A stretch of 53,463 nt of DNA from Chromatiaceae bacterium (lineage in GTDB: Bacteria; Pseudomonadota; Gammaproteobacteria; Chromatiales; Chromatiaceae). How positions within the stretch are numbered: position 1 is the stretch's first letter; every line of letters begins with the position of its first letter. The stretch covers positions 1 to 53,463 of the forward strand of contig JANQFI010000034.1 in NCBI GenBank assembly GCA_028277905.1, written 5' to 3'. Positions 10,701 to 18,321 of this stretch are shown one piece after another. Position numbers and translations under genes: made by a program. Below the pieces are notes generated by a model, which worked only from the letters and a program-made list of their open reading frames with translations, ran no database searches and was not told the origin of the DNA.

Positions 10701-11428
10701 CCGAAAAGGCCGCGCTTGGACGCTTGATGGTCAGTCCGGTTACCGAAGAGGCGGTTACCGCGGCAATGCAGGTCGTACAAGAAAATCCGCCTGGCTATCG
10801 GGCACTGTTCGATAAGATTAATGAACATTGCTGGTACATTTTCGCGTGCTTTTCTGCGCTGCATGGCAGCCATGAGCCCTATTGCTCTACACCCACGCCC
10901 AAGCCGCTCAAGGAGGCGTTGCTGAGCAACGGCAGCCGGCATTCGGGTAACTACGCCATCATGCTGGTGCGCCGCTTGCTCGGCAGCCCAGCGGCGCGGA
11001 TGACCGGGCTCGCCGATTTACTGACGCACCGCGAGTCTCACAGCCACTTCACCAGCTGGATCATCGGCTGGCAAAATGGCTGGGCGGATTTCGCCAGGGC
11101 AGACGACCGGCATCGAAAGCATGCCATCCTCCGGCTCCTGTTTTTGTTGGCGCTGGTCCGCAACGCCGATGTCAAGCCCGGCGAGCAACAGTATCGGTTT
11201 GCGGTGGCTCAACCCGATTTAGAGAAGACGCTGCGGCTGAACCCGAAAACAGCCGAGCTGAAGGGGAGCGTGGCCGCATTCTTCGATGAGAACCAAGAAT
11301 GGGCGGATGCGCTAGGCTATGCGATCCGCCATGCTGGCCTCGCCGAGCTACCAGGCTGGCCGGACAGCGTACAGCCCAAGGCCCCGCCGACGCTGCGTTC
11401 GATGGTCGGTATCGGCAAGAAGGGCTGA
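7757..11428 (+). CDS. Large GTPase-associated protein, copy 1 (GAP1-like N-terminus, long helical body)
   Basis: GTG overlaps GTPase stop (GTGA); N-terminus AYRYAYGK..GDGYRVTSISGG; paralogous to 11732-15364 over its full length; GAP1 assignment is inferred from context. Confidence 0.8.
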   Translation: MTESDAVRAYRYAYGKAVTEPGGPIPLGDGYRVTSISGGMPECLKLHCRPGDLLDNRSTQALVHPKRERDGALFFRPACCEGQRWMIASCARARPEGGEVAMSRTFTLLVAYVFAADDWARWAPRLLANTPRWLKAEPDSLDFVERGDFPQVRIASEQLPLDPEQNPGDTAKPLPLTKNPLFWRIADALENPVGLKESRANLLVGTADRIGSLPVFMQALGFAAALLPREARIYLTAAAGFAETERAFAVQYHPDAPPVVAEPGFFAYYAGVQRNLNPDIDLATWQEYWQSKHPDDPLLDEVWPRLEQIDAWESAADARRWLARCMDDLVAERSVSELRAWLNGKRPEPPKRPRRHQPGTATEWVGVLTECMNGCVADPGGGRAAAAARAAQLLATLVQPSLPERDREQQSKFWAEAWCSVAEHAAVPPGDTGAEAGVARTMRQRKVLRWSVLSAVPFPSAADRKLPRDGLGMIQDFTELRVVHETLDRARAASPEAAEQIKTAVSSKAFNDRLADLRKRAEPILVHNPYCLIHLVHFPALLAPRADESFGEDKALRSAVRAIHLACLLYHWVDVSPPAWHAELLRSAQAVDTVVSEPREQLDEARLRHELEKQLAGHFNDFLARFFRSAYALEAKGTNRESTLWQDAVAMTLRIGIQQSDWVRYLSVLLTELDDIASTARSREAGPVGPLVRVDLFDQAIGDWIERSIQMLDQACGDGVDVAVIVLTGPESLSELLPRPARAPLAARFADALHEWLLHALGARKLRSETLAKRVLEPFVARLEELVEAHSGLNARPPPLPLRHRLLESASALIRAMIASPGRLSRQRISDLFDQLDWLCGFTDPQGSETKEVSSVQQYTSELSTLLALCLMRWAAAEEPRPYLPKYRDILTRSPIRHALAWRLGYPGSLYFGRLTPASENAQPNRDLPRTAHGQSITDRLRVSILKDAMPWSNDQAKVLIGRVVAVGALRAWRELFGTGPAEKAALGRLMVSPVTEEAVTAAMQVVQENPPGYRALFDKINEHCWYIFACFSALHGSHEPYCSTPTPKPLKEALLSNGSRHSGNYAIMLVRRLLGSPAARMTGLADLLTHRESHSHFTSWIIGWQNGWADFARADDRHRKHAILRLLFLLALVRNADVKPGEQQYRFAVAQPDLEKTLRLNPKTAELKGSVAAFFDENQEWADALGYAIRHAGLAELPGWPDSVQPKAPPTLRSMVGIGKKG

Positions 11429-11473
11429 TGGATCCTAGCCCAGCCCCGCAGCGCACAGGACGCGGCCAGAACC

Positions 11474-11598
11474 ATGGAATCGCTCAGTATCTCTGCTTAC
11501 CGCTACTGCGATGGCAAGGTCGTCGAGCAGACCCGGGGACCGGTGGCTTCGCGCAGACCGAGCAGGCGTTCGCCATCCAATACCCGACGGATGCATAA
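11474..11598 (+). pseudogene. Collapsed remnant of the GAP1-like gene
   Basis: AYRYCDGKVVEQTRGP matches AYRYAYGKAVTEPGGP; in another frame GFAQTEQAFAIQYPTDA matches GFAETERAFAVQYHPDA. Confidence 0.7.
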
Positions 11599-11639
11599 GC
11601 ACTACCGGTTATTCTCCTGCTTTGAGCGCGGTGATGGGC

Positions 11640-11735
11640 AACCTCTGGGTTCAAGCTATCGATCCCTTCGTCTTCATCACGACTGGTGATGACGAAGCTA
11701 CGCTGATTGACACCACCGACGAGCTGTGCAAGTGA
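11640..11735 (+). pseudogene. Duplicated 3' end of the 6624-7760 GTPase gene
   Basis: IDPFVFITTGDDEATLIDTTDELCK* versus IDPFVFITTGDRRGTLIHAYDEIFA*; same GTGA overlap into the next gene. Confidence 0.8.
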
Positions 11736-14700
11736 TCGACGGTGTTCTCGCCTATCGCTACGTCTATGGCAAGGTCGTCAGCGAGGCCGGCGGCCCCGTC
11801 CGCTTGGGCGATGGTTATCGAATCACGAGCGTTTCCCGAGACATGCCGGCGTGTCTGAGATTGCTCTGCCGGCCGGGCGATCTGCTCGACAATCGATCCA
11901 CGCAGGCGCTCGTGCATCCAGAGCGCGAGCGTGACGGTGCCCTCTTCTTCCACCCTGCGTGCTGCGACGGCCAGCGCTGGATGATTGCGAGCTGTGTGCG
12001 CCCGCGCCCGGAAGCCGGCGAAGGCACGATGAGCCGCACCTTTACGCTGCTCGTCGCCTTTGTGTTCGCAGCAGACGACTGGGCGCGCTGGGCGCCGCGG
12101 TTGCTTGCCAACGCACCGCGCTGGCTCAAGGCCGAGCCGGACACGCTCGACTTCGTCGAGCGTGGCGACTTCCCGCAGGTGCGCATCACTTCCGAGCAGT
12201 TGCCCCTAGATCCGGAGCAGAGACCAGGAGACCCCGCAAGGCCACTGCCGCTGACCAGGAACCCGCTCTTCTGGCACATCGCAGACGCCCTGGAGAATCC
12301 CGAAGGCTTGAAGCAAGCTTCGGCAAACGTGCTAGTCGGCGCCGCTGATCGCATAGGGTCGCTTCCGGCGTTCATGCAGGCGCTGGGCTTCTCGGCGGCG
12401 CTGTTGCCGCCGGAGGTACGGATTTACGTCACCGCGGCGGCGGGCTTGGCGGCCGCAGAGCGGGTGTTCGCAGTCCAATACCAGCCGAATGCACCGCACA
12501 TAGCCAACAAGCCCGGCTTCTTCGCCTACACCGCGGGCGTGCGGCGATCGCAGCGTCCCGATATCGACCTCGCCGGTTGGCAGGCGTACTGGCAGCGCAA
12601 GCACCCCGACGACCCGCGCCTGGACGAGGTCTGGCCACGGCTGACTGACAGGGACGCCTGGGAGAGTGCGACTGAGGCGCGGCGCTTGATTGCGAAGTGC
12701 ATAGACCAGCTGGTCGCCGAGCGCTCGGTAACGGAACTACACGCATGGCTCCGCGGGCAACGGCCGGAGCGGCCGGAGCCGCCGCAGCGGTACCAAGGGG
12801 TCACGGCGGTCGGTTGCGTCCGTGTACTCGTCGAGTGCCTGAACAACTGCGCGGCCGGTGCTGACGGAGGGCGGGCGGCAGCAGCCGCCCGCGCGGTGGA
12901 CCTGTTTACCACGCTGGTGCAGCAGGGCGGGGCGGACCACCAGCGAGGGCGTCCGTCCTGGTTCTGGGCCGAGGCCTGGCGCAACGCCGCCGAGCGTGCG
13001 GCAGAGCACCGGGATGTGCTGCGCTGGTCGGTACTGAGCGCCGCGCCCTTTCCGAGCGAAAAGGATGCCACGCCAAAGCGCGATCAGCTCGGCGTGCTTC
13101 AGGACTTCTCCGAGCTGCGGGTCATTTGCGAGACCCTGGAGCGGGCGCGGGCCGTTTCGCCCGAGGCTGCGGAGCAGGTGAAGGCGGCCACGAGCACCCG
13201 GGCGTTCAATAATCGGCTCGCGGCGCTGCGCTCGCGCGCGGAGCCGATCCTGGTGCACAATCCCTTCAGCCTGATCGATCTGGCGTCCTCCAAATGGTTG
13301 TTGGCGCCAGTGCTGGGCAGGGATCTCGGCGAGGACGAAACGCTCCGGACCGCGGTGCAGGCCATCCACCTCGCATGCCTGTTATATCGCTGGACCGACA
13401 AGCCCGAGCCAGCCCGGCACGCCGAATTGCTGCAGGCCGCCGAGGTTGTTGACAAGGTACTTGCAGAGCCGAGCCAGTCCTTGGACGAGGAACAACTGCG
13501 CCAGGAATTCGAAGAAGGCACACGAGAGTGCTTGAATGACTTCCTCTTGCGCTTTTTCCGTTGGGCGCTGAACCTGGAGGCTGGCGGCAGCGACGGTGCA
13601 CCGACGCTGTGGCGCGACGCAGTGTCTATGACCATGCTAAGGGTCAAGCGACAGAGCGGTTGCGTCGAGTGCGTCTGGCTGTTGTTGACCGAGCTGGACG
13701 ACAGAGCCCGCACGGCGAAGTCGCTTCAGGCGAGCGTCGCGGCTTCGCCGGAACAGGGCGCTCGATTCCGTAAGGAAGCCAAGAAACTGCTGGGAGCCTG
13801 TTTCGACTCCCTGGTCCAGGGCTTGCCAGATAACGCAGAGGTTGCGGTTTTTCTGCTGGAAAGTCCACGGGCGGTGAGAGCGCTGGCACCCCAGGCGGAT
13901 TGCAACCCAATAGCCGACCAGAGCGCGGAGGAATGGCATCGTCGGGTCGTCGCTGCGCTGGCATCCGAGGAATATGATCCCGAGCAGCTCGCTGACGGGG
14001 TGTTGCCGGCGCTGGAGCGGCGGATCGATGAGCTGAGGACGAACGGTGGCCAGGGGGGTCAAGGTTGGGCTCCGCCGCCGGCGCTTGCGCTCCGGCTGCT
14101 GCGTATTGGCCATGCTCTGCTGAGCGCTTTGCTTAGGATGTCCGTCCAGATGCCCGAGGAGCCGACTATTCGGTTGTTCGAGCGACTGGAATGGTTGAAT
14201 CAGGCAACGAAAGGCCAAGGTCAATCGGACCAGCGCCAATTGGACCAGCGCAAATTACGAGACATGCTTGAGCAGTTGAGCGTCGACCTGGCGTGTTGCC
14301 TGATGCGCTGGCCCGGGGATACCCCGCCGCGGCCGTGGCTGTTGGAAAACCCAGGCGAGGTTACCAAGGCGTCGATCCGTGGCTTGCTGGCCGAGCGGCT
14401 CGCCTATCCGCGCTGCCTCTACTTTGGCTCTGTGACGCCAGCCGCGTACGCCCTGCTGCCGTGCGAGGGCGCGCTGAGCCAACGGCGTTCGGCCGAGGGA
14501 ATCGCAAGAGATCCGCTTGCCGCAGGGCGGTTGCTATCGGAACAGATGCGTGCGACCGGTTCCTGGTCCAACGCCGAGGCGCAGGATCGGATTGGGCGCG
14601 TCGTTGCCGTCGGCGCGCTGCGCACCTGGCGCGCGCTGTTCGGCAAAGGCCCCGGCGGGGCGGTGGGCCTCGCGCGACTGATGGAAGATCAATCTGCGGT

Positions 14701-15364
14701 CGAGGTCGTCGAGGCCATGCTCCGGCTGGTCCGCGAGGAGCCGCTAGGCTACCAAGAGCTGTTCGACGAAGAGGCCTGGTACACCTTTGCTTTCCTCAAT
14801 GGCGGGCATGGCGAGGGGAGCCCCCACCTGTCGCTGCCCATGCCAGAGTCGCTGCACGACGCGCTGCTCGCCAGCGGCGACCGGGAGGTGGACAGCTTCG
14901 CAATCACGCTCGCAGGGGGCCTGTTGGCCGGCCCTGCGGCCGATTCCACTGGGGTGCTCAAGCTTATGGGACACAAGACGCCACATAGCCGTTTCACCGG
15001 CGATGTGCTGGGCTTGCGCAGTGGCTGGGACGACTTCGCCAGCCTCGGCGATGCCGAGCAGCAGGCCTGTATTGCGCGCCTGTTGTTCATGCTGGCAATG
15101 GTGCGCAGCGCGGGCGCGAGGCGCGACGCGCGCCGCCAGCGCTTCTGGTTCCAGCCGTCCCAGCTGACCGGCATGTTGCGCCTGGCAACCAACACGGCGG
15201 CTGGGCAGAGCCTCGCCCGGTTCTTCGACCAGCAGTCGCGAGAGGCCGCTGCGCTGCGCCAGGCCCTCGGAGATGCCGGTCTCATCGCGTTGCCGGGCTG
15301 GCCGGACGCCGTGCAGCCGCGGCCGGGTTCGGCGGGCATCTCCCGGCGTAACGTCAAGCGCTGA
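11732..15364 (+). CDS. Large GTPase-associated protein, copy 2
   Basis: N-terminal ~300 aa highly similar to copy 1 at protein and DNA level (e.g. CRPGDLLDNRSTQALVHP, DDWARWAPRLLAN); C-terminal half divergent; GTG at 11732 (alternative 11726). Confidence 0.8.
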   Translation: MIDGVLAYRYVYGKVVSEAGGPVRLGDGYRITSVSRDMPACLRLLCRPGDLLDNRSTQALVHPERERDGALFFHPACCDGQRWMIASCVRPRPEAGEGTMSRTFTLLVAFVFAADDWARWAPRLLANAPRWLKAEPDTLDFVERGDFPQVRITSEQLPLDPEQRPGDPARPLPLTRNPLFWHIADALENPEGLKQASANVLVGAADRIGSLPAFMQALGFSAALLPPEVRIYVTAAAGLAAAERVFAVQYQPNAPHIANKPGFFAYTAGVRRSQRPDIDLAGWQAYWQRKHPDDPRLDEVWPRLTDRDAWESATEARRLIAKCIDQLVAERSVTELHAWLRGQRPERPEPPQRYQGVTAVGCVRVLVECLNNCAAGADGGRAAAAARAVDLFTTLVQQGGADHQRGRPSWFWAEAWRNAAERAAEHRDVLRWSVLSAAPFPSEKDATPKRDQLGVLQDFSELRVICETLERARAVSPEAAEQVKAATSTRAFNNRLAALRSRAEPILVHNPFSLIDLASSKWLLAPVLGRDLGEDETLRTAVQAIHLACLLYRWTDKPEPARHAELLQAAEVVDKVLAEPSQSLDEEQLRQEFEEGTRECLNDFLLRFFRWALNLEAGGSDGAPTLWRDAVSMTMLRVKRQSGCVECVWLLLTELDDRARTAKSLQASVAASPEQGARFRKEAKKLLGACFDSLVQGLPDNAEVAVFLLESPRAVRALAPQADCNPIADQSAEEWHRRVVAALASEEYDPEQLADGVLPALERRIDELRTNGGQGGQGWAPPPALALRLLRIGHALLSALLRMSVQMPEEPTIRLFERLEWLNQATKGQGQSDQRQLDQRKLRDMLEQLSVDLACCLMRWPGDTPPRPWLLENPGEVTKASIRGLLAERLAYPRCLYFGSVTPAAYALLPCEGALSQRRSAEGIARDPLAAGRLLSEQMRATGSWSNAEAQDRIGRVVAVGALRTWRALFGKGPGGAVGLARLMEDQSAVEVVEAMLRLVREEPLGYQELFDEEAWYTFAFLNGGHGEGSPHLSLPMPESLHDALLASGDREVDSFAITLAGGLLAGPAADSTGVLKLMGHKTPHSRFTGDVLGLRSGWDDFASLGDAEQQACIARLLFMLAMVRSAGARRDARRQRFWFQPSQLTGMLRLATNTAAGQSLARFFDQQSREAAALRQALGDAGLIALPGWPDAVQPRPGSAGISRRNVKR

Positions 15365-15401
15365 GCGTACCCCAGGCAGCCAGGGGCATTGGACCAGGAT
15401 C

Positions 15402-15895
15402 ATGCAGCCGCAAGGAATAACCGCACTTCGCGACTGCTATGGTAAGGCCCTGACCGAGCCGGGCGTGCCGGCGGTAACGGGCTTCCAGATGCAGGTCACC
15501 AGCGTGAGCCGCGGCCTGCCGGCGGGGCTCCCGGATGCCTGTGCGGCGTCCGATCTCTCAGGCTCGGTGCACGAGCTGCGCGGCAAGATCGCTGCCGAGA
15601 ATGGCAGGGCCTATTGCGGGTGCTGTTTCTGCTGAGCCTGGTCTGCGACGCGAGCGCCCGCCGCGGCAGGACGCAAGGGCGCGTGGCACTGCCCCGAGAG
15701 GAGCTGTTGCGCACGCTCAACCTTCCCGCCGAGGCGGGCCCAGCGCGGGAACGGCTCGGTGACTACCTGCATAGCCATGTCGAGGTGAATACGGCGTTGC
15801 GCGCGGCGCTGCGCCTGGCGGAGCTGGACGAGCTACCGGGTTGCCCGCGGCGGGCGCGGCCCAAAGGCGATTCTTGCCGAAGAACATACCTCTGA
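15402..15895 (+). pseudogene. Internally deleted, frameshifted copy of the GAP1-like gene
   Basis: CYGKALTEPGVP..QVTSVSRGLP matches the N-terminus; RVLFLLSLVCDASARR..LRLAELDELPGCP matches the C-terminus RLLFMLAMVRSAGARR..LGDAGLIALPGWP. Confidence 0.7.
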
Positions 15896-16027
15896 CTCCC
15901 TCTCTCTCGCTGCGACGGTGTATGATCCAGCGCTAGCGGCGGTTATTATTCGCCCGACTCGCGCTGTGATACCGCCAGCGTTGCAGCCGCCAATGGATCT
16001 CCCGACGGACGCCGTGCCCGGCACAGG

Positions 16028-18313
16028 ATGGGGAGCATGACGATAACGGCAATCTGGACGTACTCGATGCGCCGCGCGAGCGGGGCGGCGCCTGCCCGGC
16101 GGCGCATCCGTGTGTGCGCCGATCGCCTGGTCCGCGGGGCCCACGCCGGCGGCCTGCTGCTCCGGCTCGTGATCTCGATGATCATCGGCTTGGGGGGCTG
16201 TTGGGCCGCCCCGCCCGTCGCTGCCGCCTACGATCCCGCGACCCCCGACGTCGCAGTCATCGTCGATACCTCGAAGAGCATGCGCCGGCCGGGTATGGAC
16301 CCGGAGCGCTCCTCGCTACTGGTCTCCAAGCTGCTCGCCGACATCCTGCCCGGTAACCTCTCGGTCATTCGGCTGCTGGACCGCGGCGACGACGCAGAGC
16401 TGCTGCCGCGCATCCGCACCGGCGAGCGTGGCGCCTGCAAAGAGGACAGCAGCGAGCCTTGCTGGACGGTCGAGCCCACGACGGACTGGGGCGAGCTGGC
16501 CCGCGAGGGACGCTACGGCGTGCTGCGGCGCGTGCGGCGCGGGGACGCGGCCTTCAAGCAGCAACTCGATGAGCACTTGGCGCAGACCCGCGGCGACAGC
16601 CTGTTCTATCTGTCGTTCCGGGCTGCCGAGGGGGTTTTCGCCGCGAACGCCGCCGCGGGCGAGGCCAGCGAGAATCGCACCATCATCTGGCTCTCGGACG
16701 GCAAGGACGAGGCCGAGGGGAAGCTGCTGCAGGTAGTCGAGGACCTGCGCGACGGCGGCGTGCGCATCGACACCATCCTGTTCGGCCGCGGCGACCCGAC
16801 CATCCCCGAGCGGTTGGATCTGGAGCCCGTGCAGGTGGACAGCCCGCTGGCGCTGATGGGTGCCTTCGCGCAGGCGTTCCGCCGCATCATGCGTGCCCCT
16901 TACCGCATCGATCATCTGGTCGCCGAGCAGCCGAGCTTCGACGTGCGGGCGAACGTCGACACCGTCTGGGTGGTGGTCTACGGCGACCCCAGCCTGGACC
17001 AGGTGACCCTGTACGACGCCGATGGGCGCGCCTACCCGGCAGATTTCGCGGCCGACCGCTGGGACACCGCGGGCGCCTATCGGGTAGCACGCGTCGAGCG
17101 CCCGCCGGCCGGCACCTGGCGGGTGGAGACCGACGGCGGCGGGCCGGACGCGGCCTATGCCGTCGTACAGCGCTCGTCGCTTAGGCCCCTGTTCATCGGA
17201 CCTGAGCGCGTGCAGGCGAATGTCGAGACGCGGCTGTTGGCGGGCATCGCTGCAGGCAATGATTCGACGCCGGTCGCCGACCCCGAGGTGACGGCCGACG
17301 CGACGCTCAGGATAACCATTGACGACACCGCGCTTCAGCTGCGCGACGACGGTACTGGCGGCGATGAGGTCGCGGGCGATGGTCGCTTCACGACCCTGTA
17401 CCGGTTTACTGAGTCCGGCCCGCAGGAGCTGACGCTCGAGCTGCAGAGTCCGCTGGCGCGGGCCAAGACCGAGGCGACGGTCGAGGTGGAGGGGGTGTTC
17501 CGCTACGGCGGCGCCGATGTGGCCTTGCGATTCGATCTGCTCCGCGTCTCCGATGAGCCGCCGCCGCGCTGCGTAGCTGTGCCGCTCGCGGGTTTGGAGC
17601 ATCGCGGCACGGTCCCTGTGGAGCTGGTACGCGACGGGCCGCTGCCGGCTGGGCATCGGCTTTTTCTTCACATCGGCGGCGAGCGTCTGGACGCCGGCGC
17701 CGGGCCAGGTGACTGGCCGCAGGGCGCGGGGTTGGAGGCATGTCTGGAGGTCCGGCGATCCGCTCCCGACTGGCGCGCGGCGGGGACGCCGGTGCTTAGC
17801 TTGCGTCGCGCCGGTAGCACCGACCCCGCGGAGCGCCTGCGGCTGCTGCCGCACTGGCAGGTCCAGGGCCTCGGCTTCTGGGAACGTTGGGGCTGGCTGA
17901 TCCTGAGCCTGCTCGCGGTGCTGACAACGCTGCTCGTGGCCCTGGGCTACATCCTGCCGGTGCGCTTCCAGGCGACGCTGGCCATCGCCTTCGGCCCCGA
18001 GCGCGACGACGTGGACGAGTACCCGCCACAGCCGGTGCGCAACTGGCGCGGCGTGGGCATCGGCTTCTACCGCAACGCGCGCGCCTTCCTGCAACGCGAC
18101 TTCCGCCTGAGCGGGCGTGCCCATGGCGCCTTGGCCGTGCTGTTCGCCGACGGCCCGGCGACCCGTGTGCAGGGGCGTGGCGGCTTCACGCTGTTCCGCG
18201 AGGACAGCCTCGGCGACTGGGTGCAGCTGCCGCAGGACGGCGAGCTGGCCCGCCCCGGCGAGGTCTATCGCATCGGCGAGGCCGGCCCGTACTTCAGGCT
18301 CTCGGCGCGCTGA
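16028..18313 (+). CDS. Exported single-pass vWA protein with choice-of-anchor-X-like motif and conserved cytoplasmic tail
   Basis: Signal-like hydrophobic segment, MIDAS DVAVIVDTSKSM, IIWLSDG, LRDDGTGGDEVAGDGRFT, C-terminal TM; start uncertain (16028-16178). Confidence 0.85.
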   Translation: MGSMTITAIWTYSMRRASGAAPARRRIRVCADRLVRGAHAGGLLLRLVISMIIGLGGCWAAPPVAAAYDPATPDVAVIVDTSKSMRRPGMDPERSSLLVSKLLADILPGNLSVIRLLDRGDDAELLPRIRTGERGACKEDSSEPCWTVEPTTDWGELAREGRYGVLRRVRRGDAAFKQQLDEHLAQTRGDSLFYLSFRAAEGVFAANAAAGEASENRTIIWLSDGKDEAEGKLLQVVEDLRDGGVRIDTILFGRGDPTIPERLDLEPVQVDSPLALMGAFAQAFRRIMRAPYRIDHLVAEQPSFDVRANVDTVWVVVYGDPSLDQVTLYDADGRAYPADFAADRWDTAGAYRVARVERPPAGTWRVETDGGGPDAAYAVVQRSSLRPLFIGPERVQANVETRLLAGIAAGNDSTPVADPEVTADATLRITIDDTALQLRDDGTGGDEVAGDGRFTTLYRFTESGPQELTLELQSPLARAKTEATVEVEGVFRYGGADVALRFDLLRVSDEPPPRCVAVPLAGLEHRGTVPVELVRDGPLPAGHRLFLHIGGERLDAGAGPGDWPQGAGLEACLEVRRSAPDWRAAGTPVLSLRRAGSTDPAERLRLLPHWQVQGLGFWERWGWLILSLLAVLTTLLVALGYILPVRFQATLAIAFGPERDDVDEYPPQPVRNWRGVGIGFYRNARAFLQRDFRLSGRAHGALAVLFADGPATRVQGRGGFTLFREDSLGDWVQLPQDGELARPGEVYRIGEAGPYFRLSAR

Positions 18314-18321
18314 AGCCGGCT

